This document shows positions 47,556 to 56,691 of a DNA stretch of 64,000 bases, piece by piece. The first letter of the stretch is position 1. Each line of letters opens with the position of its first letter. The position numbers and the translations under genes were made by a program. Source of the stretch: Minisyncoccota bacterium (GTDB taxonomy: Bacteria > Patescibacteriota > Minisyncoccia > Phycocordibacterales > JBAYLF01); the NCBI GenBank assembly GCA_041664205.1, contig JBAYLF010000002.1, positions 29,690 through 93,689 on the forward strand, given 5' to 3'. Below the pieces are notes generated by a model. It was not told the DNA's origin, searched no databases, and saw nothing but the letters and a program-made list of their open reading frames with translations.

Positions 47556-48674
47556 TTATTGAACTTCTAAATTTAAAGGATTTATATCTATATCAAGATC
47601 ATAAGCATCCTGAATCATAGCTTCAACAGCAACGTTAACACCGGAACCTGAGCCGTGAGTAATAATCGTAGTGTGATCCACTTTCGAAATAGCCACAGAT
47701 TCATTGGGAGGATAGAGAAGTAAATCTCTATAAATTTCACCCTTATGACCTAGTTCGTTAATATTCCGAAAGCATCCGAGAATATGAATGTCGTTAAGAC
47801 CTTTTACAACAAAGTTAAACCCTCCTGAAATTTCAGCCTTGGAATTAAAATTATCGATACTGCACGATACGATAGAAACAATAAATCTTTCAGAACTACC
47901 GTTTTCTAAATGCTTCCTTACCGACTCTTCGTTAAATTCAACAAAATGCTTTCGATTAGGGAAAACAGATGGTTGCAACCCGTAGCAATAATTAAAAAGA
48001 ATTATGGTCTTGAGAAATGCATCGAACGCTTCTCGATTAAAAACCTCTACAATATTATGTGTGCCTGATTCAAGATAATGATATCTTTTTACTTCTTTCA
48101 GCGAATCATCTAATGTTTTAGATTGAGATAGTTGCGCAAATAAATAATTTAAAACGGCATTCAATATAAAATAATCTTGAACTTGAAAATTTCTGGTAGG
48201 TAAACAATTTTTTACCTGCCAAAGAAATGCTGGGATACGCGACAAACAGCCAACTGTTCCGCTCAAACCAAACAAACCGATATATTCAGCAAAAAGATCT
48301 GAGTTATAAGCAAATCCAGCCTTCTCGCAAGATATTACTGGCTTACTATATTCAAATGCTTTTTTCATTACATAAGCCGAATCTTCGCCACCTTCTATAG
48401 TTTTCATACAGTTGAATAAAACATCGGCTGTAAACTCTCCCTTGAAAAGAAGGTCTGCGCCTTTTCTAAACGAACAGTTTTTTAACTTTTTTAATGAATC
48501 TGCTTTTTCAAATCGATACAAGCCAGAGGTTATCAATACTATTACTTCGTGTCCTTTTCTTTTAAGTCTTTGAGATAAACGTTTACCTATCGCTCCAAAT
48601 CCAACAACTATAATATTCATATTTTTATTTTCTATGAACAAAATAACTTTATTTTGTTTTTTTAGCAATAACAA
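47556..48674 (-). CDS. NAD(P)-binding Rossmann-fold oxidoreductase, homoserine-dehydrogenase-like
   Basis: 372 aa with N-terminal MNIIVVGFGAIGKRL dinucleotide-binding motif. The C-terminal region resembles the HSD catalytic domain only loosely. Confidence 0.4.
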   Translation of the reverse strand: MLLLKKQNKVILFIENKNMNIIVVGFGAIGKRLSQRLKRKGHEVIVLITSGLYRFEKADSLKKLKNCSFRKGADLLFKGEFTADVLFNCMKTIEGGEDSAYVMKKAFEYSKPVISCEKAGFAYNSDLFAEYIGLFGLSGTVGCLSRIPAFLWQVKNCLPTRNFQVQDYFILNAVLNYLFAQLSQSKTLDDSLKEVKRYHYLESGTHNIVEVFNREAFDAFLKTIILFNYCYGLQPSVFPNRKHFVEFNEESVRKHLENGSSERFIVSIVSCSIDNFNSKAEISGGFNFVVKGLNDIHILGCFRNINELGHKGEIYRDLLLYPPNESVAISKVDHTTIITHGSGSGVNVAVEAMIQDAYDLDIDINPLNLEVQ

Positions 48675-48693
48675 CTATAAATTTAAATTTTAT

Positions 48694-48722
48694 TTGACAA
48701 ATCTTGTGGTTTAAGTTAATAA
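48694..48722 (+). promoter_or_regulatory. Putative sigma70-type promoter for topA
   Basis: TTGACA (48694-48699), 17-bp spacer, TAATAA (48717-48722), about 65 bp upstream of the topA ATG. Confidence 0.3.
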
Positions 48723-48786
48723 TAGTGCGATTAATTAAATGTTAACAATTGCTAAATAAAATTTTTACTGTAATAATTTAAAAAAT

Positions 48787-50988
48787 ATGAAGTTACTTAT
48801 CGTAGAGTCTCCGGCAAAAGCAAAAACAATTTCAAAATATCTTGATGGTAAATATAAAGTTGTCGCATCGATTGGACATATTCGTGATTTACCAAAGAGC
48901 AACAAAGAAGCTATAGATATAGAAGGAGGATTTATTCCCCATTATGTTGTTCCAAAAGAAAAAGAAAAAGTTGTTGCAGAAATAACCGAACTCGCAAAAA
49001 AATCTGACGAAATTATGTTAGCGACTGACCCCGACCGTGAAGGCGAGGCTATTGCTTGGCATATCGATAGACTTATTCATGAGAGAAATTCAAAAGATAA
49101 GAAGTCTAAAAAACCATTAATAAGAAGAATTGTTTTTCATGAAATAACAAAAGAAGCCGTGCAAGAAGCTGAAAAGCATCCCCGCGGTATTGATCAAAAT
49201 CTTCGCCGTGCTCAAGAAGCAAGACGTGTGCTTGATCGTTTGGTTGGATACGATCTTTCTGGTCTTATATGGAAAAAAGTTCGTTACGGACTTTCAGCTG
49301 GACGCGTGCAGTCCCCTGCGCTTCGTATCATTATGGAACGCGAGCGAGAAATTCGCGCTTTCCAATCTGAGAAATATTGGGCACTTACTGCATCACTTGA
49401 AACAAAGAAAGATGAAAAGATTCCTACTACTTGCGACACAGAGCCTACAGACTTTAAAGAAGTAGAAAGAATTTTAAAGGCGGGTAAGGCTGGTAAATGG
49501 TCTGTCGTAGATATTTCAGAAACCGAAGTAAAAAGACAACCAAAAGCACCGTTCATTACTTCAACACTTCAACAAACAGCAAGCTCACGACTAGGATTTT
49601 CTCCATCGAAGACTATGTCCGTCGCTCAAAAGTTGTATGAAAACGGACTCATTACTTACATGAGAACGGACAGCACAAATTTAAGCGAGGTTGCACTTAA
49701 ACAAATAAATTCAATTATTGTAAAAAAATATGGCGATAGTTTCCTATCACCTAGAACTTTTGCTACAAAAAGTAAAAATGCTCAAGAGGCTCACGAAGCA
49801 ATACGCCCCAGCGATGTATCAAAAGAAAGAGCAGGTTTTAATGCAGAGCAGAAAAGCTTATATCAACTCATTTGGCAACGCACAGTAGCATCGCAAATGA
49901 CTGAAGCGAAAATACTTCGAACAAAAATATCAACAAACATAGAAGACAAATCTATACCTGATTTTTCTGCACACGGTTCAAGAACATTATTTTATGGTTG
50001 GATGTCGGCAGACCCTGAAGCGCGAGGTGATGATGTGGAACTTCCAAAAATTTCAAAAGGCGATCCTTTAAACCTTTTGGAAATCAATTCTTTAGAAAAG
50101 CAAACGGAACCGCCTCCTCGATATACAGAAGCAGGACTTGTAAAAGAACTTGAAAAAAGAGGCATCGGACGACCTTCAACTTATGCTAGTATTATAAAAA
50201 CATTAGGAGATCGAGGTTATGTAACCAAAGAAAACAAATCGCTCACACCTACAGATACGGGCGATGTTGTAAGCACATTCTTGGAAAATAATTTTACACA
50301 ATATATAAGCGATTCATTTACCGCAGAAATGGAAGATAAACTAGACGACATTGCTTCTGGAACTGGAGAATATGAAAAAACATTATCAACATTCTATAAA
50401 CCTTTCTTAAAAGAAGTGAAATTAAAATCAAAAACAGAAAAAAAGATAACAGACCTTGGCCCAGCACCAAAAGAATTTCCATGTCCTATATGCGGAGCTT
50501 CGATGGTTTTTAAATTGAGTAAAAATGGAAAATTTATGAGCTGTTCAAAATTCCCAGAATGCACAGGCGCTAGAACTGTGGAAGGAAAAGAATTGGAGGG
50601 TCCAAAAGAAACTGGCGAACTTTGTCCGGAATGTAGCGGCAAACTTTTAGAACGAGATGGAAAATTCGGAAGATTTATTGCGTGCGGAAATTACCCAAAG
50701 TGCAAATATATTAAAAAAGACGCGGCTCTAGAAATGAAAAATTCAACTGGAATAAAATGCCCTGTTTGCAAAGAAGGTGAAATGACAGAGCGACGCGGTA
50801 GATTTGGAATTTTCTATAGTTGCACCAATTATCCAAAGTGCAAATATGCAATCAAAACAAAGCCTACTGGAAATCTTTGTAAAATGTGCGGTTCGCTAAT
50901 GATGGAGGGCACAAAAACTATCCCGGAAAGATGTAGTGTTAAAGAATGTCCGAATCATAACCCTCACAAATTAAATAAGATCGAGTAA
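48787..50988 (+). CDS. topA: DNA topoisomerase I
   Basis: 733 aa with a Toprim N-terminus (LLIVESPAKAKTI), active-site Tyr region and C-terminal zinc ribbons (C..C...C..C repeated). Confidence 0.9.
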   Translation: MKLLIVESPAKAKTISKYLDGKYKVVASIGHIRDLPKSNKEAIDIEGGFIPHYVVPKEKEKVVAEITELAKKSDEIMLATDPDREGEAIAWHIDRLIHERNSKDKKSKKPLIRRIVFHEITKEAVQEAEKHPRGIDQNLRRAQEARRVLDRLVGYDLSGLIWKKVRYGLSAGRVQSPALRIIMEREREIRAFQSEKYWALTASLETKKDEKIPTTCDTEPTDFKEVERILKAGKAGKWSVVDISETEVKRQPKAPFITSTLQQTASSRLGFSPSKTMSVAQKLYENGLITYMRTDSTNLSEVALKQINSIIVKKYGDSFLSPRTFATKSKNAQEAHEAIRPSDVSKERAGFNAEQKSLYQLIWQRTVASQMTEAKILRTKISTNIEDKSIPDFSAHGSRTLFYGWMSADPEARGDDVELPKISKGDPLNLLEINSLEKQTEPPPRYTEAGLVKELEKRGIGRPSTYASIIKTLGDRGYVTKENKSLTPTDTGDVVSTFLENNFTQYISDSFTAEMEDKLDDIASGTGEYEKTLSTFYKPFLKEVKLKSKTEKKITDLGPAPKEFPCPICGASMVFKLSKNGKFMSCSKFPECTGARTVEGKELEGPKETGELCPECSGKLLERDGKFGRFIACGNYPKCKYIKKDAALEMKNSTGIKCPVCKEGEMTERRGRFGIFYSCTNYPKCKYAIKTKPTGNLCKMCGSLMMEGTKTIPERCSVKECPNHNPHKLNKIE

Positions 50989-50991
50989 TCT

Positions 50992-51066
50992 CTGTCATTC
51001 CCGCGAAGGCGGGAATCCAGACAGTGTAGGTAAAAACCTAGATTCCCGCCTTCGCGGGAATGACAA
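50992..51066. repeat. Palindromic GC-rich repeat element, miniature copy D
   Basis: ctgtcattcccgcgaaggcgggaatccag, 17-bp spacer, ctagattcccgccttcgcgggaatgacaa. The loop variant gaag/cttc changes compensatorily in both halves. Lies 3 bp after the topA stop. Confidence 0.85.
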
Positions 51067-51079
51067 TGTTGGAGTTAAA

Positions 51080-51124
51080 AATAAATAAAAAAAGCGCTCA
51101 AGTTCTAGAACTTGAGCGCTTTGG
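51080..51124. terminator. Bidirectional rho-independent terminator
   Basis: Perfect palindrome aagcgctcaagtt-ctag-aacttgagcgctt, flanked by an A-run and a T-run. Confidence 0.6.
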
Positions 51125-51144
51125 TTATGTGACTTGCTTGGTAT

Positions 51145-51336
51145 TTACCTTCCTAAGTAATGACTTGGGTTCAGAGGCCGATCGGACTCTTCCTGCTTGC
51201 GAATGGCCTGCCATGCATTACCGGTGGTAACAACGCGGCGGTCCAATCCTCCAGTGACCAATTCTCCACAACGAACGCCGGGAGTTAGTGCACCTGTATT
51301 TGCTTTTGCGCTTGTGTTTACTTTCGTTTTTGTCAT
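51145..51336 (-). CDS. Hypothetical small protein (63 aa) in an unusually GC-rich (about 50 %) segment
   Basis: ATG preceded by SD ggagaa. Ends at the bidirectional terminator. Codon usage and GC are atypical for the window. No recognisable domain. Confidence 0.35.
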   Translation of the reverse strand: MTKTKVNTSAKANTGALTPGVRCGELVTGGLDRRVVTTGNAWQAIRKQEESDRPLNPSHYLGR

Positions 51337-51445
51337 ACGGTATTCTCCAAATTCGACAAGTCACTTTACCATAAAGAGCTTGTCTGCAAAAAGCTTATCA
51401 TAGATAAGCTTTATTGTCAATAGTAAATTAGCACAAAATTAGAGT

Positions 51446-52447
51446 TTAAATACTGAAGTTTTTTATTGAGTAGAGATCTCCATCATCTTCCTCCCTAGTC
51501 TCTTCTTGGACAGTAGCTTCACTTACAAGTGCATCAATATCATCCGGCTTGCTTACATCATTGATAGTGTTTTCAGGATTATTAACATATTTATTCATCA
51601 TTTCTGTTATCGGCTTTTGCTGATTTGATTTTACTAGTTCAACAATATTTCTTAGATCATCAGCGCTGAAAAAATCAATAACAACTCTTCCGCCATTTTG
51701 ACGCTTTTCAATCTGCACGCGTGTGCCTAGAGATTCCGTGAGTTTTCCTTCCATTTCCATAATGTCAGGATCAAACATTCTTTCTTTCTTTCGTGCGCGT
51801 TCAAAAGCAATTTTTCTCGCGATTAATTCTGCTTCGCGAACTGTCATCCTTTTAAAAATAATCTCCTTGAAAAGCACAGCTTGCTCCTCAGGACGATCAA
51901 CAAGCATAAGTAGTGGACGTGTATGACCTTCAGAAATTTTTCCAGCCATAAGTGCGTCCTGCATTTCTTGTGAAAGAGCTAGAAGTCTTATTGTGTTAGT
52001 GACATATTCCCTACTCTTACCAACTTTAGTTGCGATCTGTGCGTGTTTGAAATTAAATTCTTTTGAAAGTCTATCGAAAGCTCTTGCGCGATCTATCGCG
52101 TTCAAATCTTCTCTTTGTAAATTTTCAATAATGGCAAGTTCTAGCTTTACCATATCATTTTCATCATCATTTCTTATGAGAGCAGGAACTTGTTCTAGAT
52201 TTGCCATTTTTGAAGCGCGAAGTCTTCGTTCACCTGCGATAAGTTCATACTCAACAACGAGACCACCATCTTCTTTAAAAATTTCTTTTCGCGTAACAAC
52301 TAGCGGCTGCAACACTCCATACATGCGTATAGAATCAGACAGATCTTTTAGTCTGGCTTCATCAAACTCTTTGCGAGGTTGGAAAGGATTTGGCTTTATC
52401 TTATCCACCTCTATCCAAAATATTGAATCGTTATAATATTGTGACAT
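51446..52447 (-). CDS. parB: ParB/Spo0J family partition protein
   Basis: 333 aa. ParB N-terminal box (IEVDKIKPNPFQPRKEFDE...VLQPLVV...ELIAGERRLRAS), HTH, and an acidic C-terminus. Confidence 0.8.
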   Translation of the reverse strand: MSQYYNDSIFWIEVDKIKPNPFQPRKEFDEARLKDLSDSIRMYGVLQPLVVTRKEIFKEDGGLVVEYELIAGERRLRASKMANLEQVPALIRNDDENDMVKLELAIIENLQREDLNAIDRARAFDRLSKEFNFKHAQIATKVGKSREYVTNTIRLLALSQEMQDALMAGKISEGHTRPLLMLVDRPEEQAVLFKEIIFKRMTVREAELIARKIAFERARKKERMFDPDIMEMEGKLTESLGTRVQIEKRQNGGRVVIDFFSADDLRNIVELVKSNQQKPITEMMNKYVNNPENTINDVSKPDDIDALVSEATVQEETREEDDGDLYSIKNFSI

Positions 52448-52550
52448 AGCTTATTTCCTTAATTTAACTCTATTTTATCATAAAGTTAAATGTTAAAGAA
52501 ATTGATTTATGTGAAAAATTTGTTAGTATTTTTGACATGACTCGGCACAT

Positions 52551-52634
52551 GCCGCGGTGGCGGAATTGGTAGACGCAATAGACTCAAAATCTATCGATCG
52601 CAAGGTCATGAGAGTTCGATTCTCTCCCGCGGCA
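52551..52634 (+). tRNA. tRNA-Leu (anticodon CAA), type II with long variable arm; CCA not encoded
   Basis: Acceptor GCCGCGG/CCGCGGC, D-arm GGCGGAATTGGTAGACGC, anticodon loop CTCAAAA, T-arm GAGAGTTCGATTCTCTC, discriminator A. Confidence 0.8.
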
Positions 52635-52681
52635 CATTATAAAAAAACCTGCAATAAGCAGGTTTTTTTATAATGTGCCGC
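52629..52681 (+). terminator. 53-bp perfect palindrome (24-bp arms) overlapping the tRNA-Leu 3' end; long-stem terminator
   Basis: gcggcacattataaaaaaacctgc-aataa-gcaggtttttttataatgtgccgc. Confidence 0.6.
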
Positions 52682-52811
52682 GAAGCATTGTGCCTTCGCA
52701 CTTCGCGTGAGAGAATCAAAAAACCTTTCTCATAATTTAAAATTGACATAATTTTTTAATTATGTCACTATTCTATTCAGACCGTTCGATAAACAATCAA
52801 ATAAAATCAGT

Positions 52812-53126
52812 ATGAATACTGTGTTACTTATTGTCATTGCTATTTTAATAGTAATTCTTCTTACTTATTACACGATAACAAGACCTATTAAAGGTTCTAA
52901 TAGGGTAAAAAATTTGTGGGATTTTTTTAAACAATTCAAAAGAATATCAAAAATATCAAAAAAATATAATTTAACTCTTGTGGAACATCATGATTTTTTG
53001 GCTCTTGCACTTTTTTTCCTCCTTGATGAAAAAGGAGATGCACTGAGTCAAACTTTTAAAGAAAGTAATGAAAAATCTCGATCAGTCTTCTATTATTGGA
53101 TAGAAAAAAACTATCCTACAAAATAA
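52812..53126 (+). CDS. Hypothetical protein with N-terminal TM helix
   Basis: 104 aa. A hairpin terminator follows at about 53135-53175. Confidence 0.4.
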   Translation: MNTVLLIVIAILIVILLTYYTITRPIKGSNRVKNLWDFFKQFKRISKISKKYNLTLVEHHDFLALALFFLLDEKGDALSQTFKESNEKSRSVFYYWIEKNYPTK

Positions 53127-53268
53127 TGTTTTTTGATCGAACAGCACCTATAGACTTTGTTCTATGGGTGCTTTAATTTTTTAATAAACCTCCTATACTA
53201 TTTGCGTTATTTGAAGTTTTATAGTATCTTAATTACACAGTTAATTACCAACGAATTAGGCTTATTTT

Positions 53269-53427
53269 ATGTCACAAGACCGACTTATAAAACTTCAATG
53301 CAAGACCTGTAAACGTATTAATTATTGGTCAAGCAAAAACAAGAAAAAGGTGGAGCGAAAAATCGAGCTTCAGAAATTTTGTAAATGGTGCAAGAAAAGA
53401 ACAGTGCACAAAGAACTTAAAAAATAA
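53269..53427 (+). CDS. rpmG: 50S ribosomal protein L33
   Basis: 52 aa, not in the ORF track because it is under 60 aa. MSQDRLIKLQCKTCKRINYWSSKNKKKVERKIELQKFCKWCKKRTVHKELKK has the bL33 CxxC...CxxC zinc ribbon and the KxELxKxCxxCxKxTxHKE pattern. Confidence 0.75.
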   Translation: MSQDRLIKLQCKTCKRINYWSSKNKKKVERKIELQKFCKWCKKRTVHKELKK

Positions 53428-53490
53428 ATCAAAGCGAGAAAATCCCACCAGTTTGGGATTTTTTTGTAGAAATGATAAAATAGTTTCCGA

Positions 53491-53561
53491 GGGCCTATAG
53501 TTCAGTGGTAGAATAATCGTCTCCAAAACGATTGACCGGGGTTCGAATCCTCGTGGGCCCG
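53491..53561 (+). tRNA. tRNA-Trp (anticodon CCA); 3' CCA not encoded
   Basis: GGGCCTATAGTTCAGTGGTAGAATAATCGTCTCCAAAACGATTGACCGGGGTTCGAATCCTCGTGGGCCCG. Cloverleaf with anticodon loop CTCCAAA. The rpmG - tRNA-Trp linkage is a common arrangement. Confidence 0.8.
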
Positions 53562-53638
53562 CAGATTTTTCCTTTTAAGATTGTTTATTAACAATTTTTT
53601 ATTTATAATAATTTTATTAATAATTTTTATAAATTTAC

Positions 53639-53938
53639 ATGCCAAATTTTGAACAAAAACCTGGAGAAACAGCTAGTGAAAAACCAAAAACTCAAATGCC
53701 TGTTTTTGAACGACAATTAACACCTATTAATGAAAATTTTAAATTCTCAGAAGATCCTGTTGAAGATGAAATTTTAAGTCATATTTATTATTCACAAGAA
53801 AATCTTAAAGCAAATACAGTAAAAATAATACGTTTAGAAGAAGCCAATGAAGGATATGAAGCAGCAATAAAATCAAAAGAAGCAGAATTGAAAGCTTATA
53901 AAGAAACCGGGGTTAAACCTAAAAGCGATTACAAATAA
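53639..53938 (+). CDS. Hypothetical acidic protein
   Basis: 99 aa, no recognisable domain. Confidence 0.4.
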   Translation: MPNFEQKPGETASEKPKTQMPVFERQLTPINENFKFSEDPVEDEILSHIYYSQENLKANTVKIIRLEEANEGYEAAIKSKEAELKAYKETGVKPKSDYK

Positions 53939-53989
53939 GAAAACAAAAAAGTTCCAGCATTCAAATGCTGGAACTTTTACTATAAAAGC

Positions 53990-54523
53990 TTATGGATGTG
54001 GGAACGAAAAAATTATTAAATACCTAGTTAATAATATGTTCCATAAAAAATGAGCTACGGAACTATAACTAAAAGCTTTCAAATATTTTCCCTGAAAGCC
54101 ACCGCATTTAAGAAATAGTATCCAAAAATATATGCCTACGCCTCCTTGAATAATTATTGGAAAAAACCAATGATCAAAACCTCTGAAAATGTGTGCTAGA
54201 CCAAAAGCTAATCCTGCTAAAAAACACACGCACAAGGTTATTCTAGATCTTCCGAAACACTTAACGAATAAAATAAATGGGATAAGCCTAGCCCATACCT
54301 CTTCACCCCACGCAACATTCCAATAAAACGCTGTTTCATTGATAAGATTCGGAACAGAAGAATTAGCCACCATCACATTCGATTCGCATTGCTCAGAAAT
54401 GCCTAAAAAATTCAAGACGCTCAAAACACAACAGATATAAAGATAAATTAAAACTGTTGAGTATATAAAAAATCTAATATCGCTCTTGTTTTCAGTTTCG
54501 AACCATTCAGTTATCTTTTTCAT
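53990..54523 (-). CDS. CPBP family intramembrane glutamic endopeptidase (CAAX protease-like)
   Basis: 177 aa, multi-TM, with EExxxR (GEEVWARL), FxxxH (FGLAH) and HxxxN (HFLWN) motifs. Confidence 0.6.
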   Translation of the reverse strand: MKKITEWFETENKSDIRFFIYSTVLIYLYICCVLSVLNFLGISEQCESNVMVANSSVPNLINETAFYWNVAWGEEVWARLIPFILFVKCFGRSRITLCVCFLAGLAFGLAHIFRGFDHWFFPIIIQGGVGIYFWILFLKCGGFQGKYLKAFSYSSVAHFLWNILLTRYLIIFSFPHP

Positions 54524-54565
54524 TCTTCATTTTTGTCTGAATGGAATGTTAGAATATTTACTTAA

Positions 54566-55474
54566 TTAAGTCAATTTTAAAAATTCCTCTACCTCCCCTT
54601 CAATCCCTTCTTTATTTTTTAACTCAAACCATTTAATTCTCTTATCTTTATTAAACCAAGTCATTTGGCGTTTTGCATAATGCCAATCTTCGTAATAAAT
54701 TTTTTCTATCATTTCTTCTTTTGTTATTTGTCCTTGAAGATGCCTAGCAAGATATCTATAATCAAGACCAAGCTCATCAAGCCTTTCCCAAGAAAGTCCT
54801 TCTTGATGAAGTTTTTCAACTTCTTCTATCATTCCGCTTTTAACTCGCGTCAAAATTCTTTTATAAATTCTCTCTTTCAATTCTTTTTGATCCGTTTCTA
54901 TACCAATTTGAAGAGCCTCATATTTGCCAAAATCTTTATTAATATCTGGAACTTTTCCTAAATTTTTCGCAATTTCAATAGCGCGTATCAAACGGCGCGG
55001 ATTTTTAATATCAATATTTTCTGCGCGCGCAGGATCTAATTTTATTAAAATTTCCAAAAGTTCTTCGGCAGATTTACCTTCGAGTTCTTTTCTTAATTCT
55101 TCATTCGGATTTACTTCAGGCAATACGACATTGTCTACAATAGCTTGAATATAAAATCCTGTTCCACCACAAATAATAGGAACTTTTCCTTTTTCCAAAA
55201 TTTCAGAAATCGCTTTTTCAGCCAACTTCTTAAAATCAGAAACTGTAAATTTGGTTTCTGGATCTACAACATCAAGCAAATAATGCTGCACGCCCTGCAT
55301 TTCTTCTTTTGTAATTTTTCCTGATCCAATGTCCAAGCCCTTATAAACCTGTCTTGAATCAGCAGAAATAACCTCGCCATTAAATTTTTTAGCAAGAGAA
55401 ACTGCCAAGTCACTTTTGCCAGAAGATGTCGGTCCTAGAACCACTATTATTTTATTATTCTGAGGTGAAGTCAT
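54566..55474 (-). CDS. miaA: tRNA dimethylallyltransferase
   Basis: 302 aa with P-loop GPTSSGKS and conserved SADSRQVYKGLDIG. Confidence 0.85.
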   Translation of the reverse strand: MTSPQNNKIIVVLGPTSSGKSDLAVSLAKKFNGEVISADSRQVYKGLDIGSGKITKEEMQGVQHYLLDVVDPETKFTVSDFKKLAEKAISEILEKGKVPIICGGTGFYIQAIVDNVVLPEVNPNEELRKELEGKSAEELLEILIKLDPARAENIDIKNPRRLIRAIEIAKNLGKVPDINKDFGKYEALQIGIETDQKELKERIYKRILTRVKSGMIEEVEKLHQEGLSWERLDELGLDYRYLARHLQGQITKEEMIEKIYYEDWHYAKRQMTWFNKDKRIKWFELKNKEGIEGEVEEFLKLT

Positions 55475-55583
55475 TATTATTTAAATACATTAAAAGATTT
55501 TCACAAATTAAGCAAAGAAAAAGGCCAGCTATTGATATTATCACAAGCTGACCTTAATAATAATGCGACATAAACTTAAAAAA

Positions 55584-55934
55584 TTACTTCAGACCAAGAA
55601 TCTCTCCGAGAAGCTTAAAGGTCTTTACTCCTTTTTCAGACTTATGACTGCATCCGGCTTCAACAAGTAAGTCTTGATATTCTTCAATAGACGAAATTGC
55701 AATCATTGGCCCATTGAATGTTTCTCTAAACTTCAGAACAAGTGCCCGAGTATTAAACTCATTTCCTGGAACACAACCATCCATTAAAATAACATCGATG
55801 TCAGGATTGCTGGCAAACTGTTTTTCTGCTTCTTTAATAGAAAGCGCGCTAACAATTTTCAAATCGCCATCAAACCAATGATGTAATGCATCATGAAACC
55901 ACTTTTGATCTTCAACAACCAGAACTTTTTTCAT
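55584..55934 (-). CDS. Single-domain response regulator (REC/CheY-like)
   Basis: 116 aa with acidic pocket VLVVEDQ, phospho-acceptor region ILMDG, and conserved T/S and K positions. Confidence 0.7.
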   Translation of the reverse strand: MKKVLVVEDQKWFHDALHHWFDGDLKIVSALSIKEAEKQFASNPDIDVILMDGCVPGNEFNTRALVLKFRETFNGPMIAISSIEEYQDLLVEAGCSHKSEKGVKTFKLLGEILGLK

Positions 55935-56060
55935 AAATTATTCCCCTTTCTAAAGAACTTTAAAGGTGCACAGGCACCCTACTCCTAAGCCCAAAATTCA
56001 CTTCATAAATTTTAAAAAAGGCCGACAACACAGAAGAAGTCAGCTTTTTTTAAAGTTCTG

Positions 56061-56144
56061 TGCGTAGGGAAGGATTTGAACCTTCGTAGCCCATAGGGCG
56101 ACAGATTTACAGTCTGTTGCGATTGACCGCTCCGCCACCTACGC
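56061..56144 (-). tRNA. tRNA-Tyr (anticodon GUA), type II; CCA not encoded
   Basis: The minus strand GCGTAGGTGGCGGAGCGGTCAATCGCAACAGACTGTAAATCTGTCGCCCTATGGGCTACGAAGGTTCAAATCCTTCCCTACGCA folds with a long variable arm and anticodon loop CTGTAAA. Confidence 0.8.
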
Positions 56145-56237
56145 ATTTATCTAATTTATAGCAAAAAAAGCATTTATATTCAATAGGAGCTTTTCAAAAT
56201 TTGACATAATCAATAAATAATCTATTCTAAACACAGA

Positions 56238-56531
56238 ATGGAAACTAAATACTCAACAGAAGTTGGAAAATATCTAGTAATTCACATAATCGGAGATATA
56301 CACTTCTTTATCGCAGAAGTAGTTACAAAAGATCCTTTAGTGATCAAAATTACAGAAGAGGGGCTCTTATCAGTTCTAAAACAAGGCGATTATGTTATCT
56401 ATGAATCTTTCTCAGCAGACATTCAGAATATAGAATCTCAAAATAATGTGATAGAAAAATTTAAAATGTATTCTGGACTTAGAAGCTTGGGTGTGACCGA
56501 CGGTAAAATCTACGAAATATGTCCGGACTAG
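56238..56531 (+). CDS. Hypothetical protein
   Basis: 97 aa. A terminator follows. Confidence 0.4.
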   Translation: METKYSTEVGKYLVIHIIGDIHFFIAEVVTKDPLVIKITEEGLLSVLKQGDYVIYESFSADIQNIESQNNVIEKFKMYSGLRSLGVTDGKIYEICPD

Positions 56532-56545
56532 TTTAGTTAAAAATT

Positions 56546-56580
56546 CAAACGCGCAACAAAATATTTTGTTGCGCGTTTTT
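56546..56580 (+). terminator. Rho-independent terminator
   Basis: aaacgcgcaacaaaa-ta-ttttgttgcgcgttttt. Confidence 0.6.
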
Positions 56581-56691
56581 CAATAAATAAAGGTTCCTCG
56601 GGGCAGAGCCCCGAGATATTATCGGAACTCGCTTCGCTCGTTCATTCACGTGGCAAAGCCACGCGGTATTGAACCTGTATTTTTAAATTTA

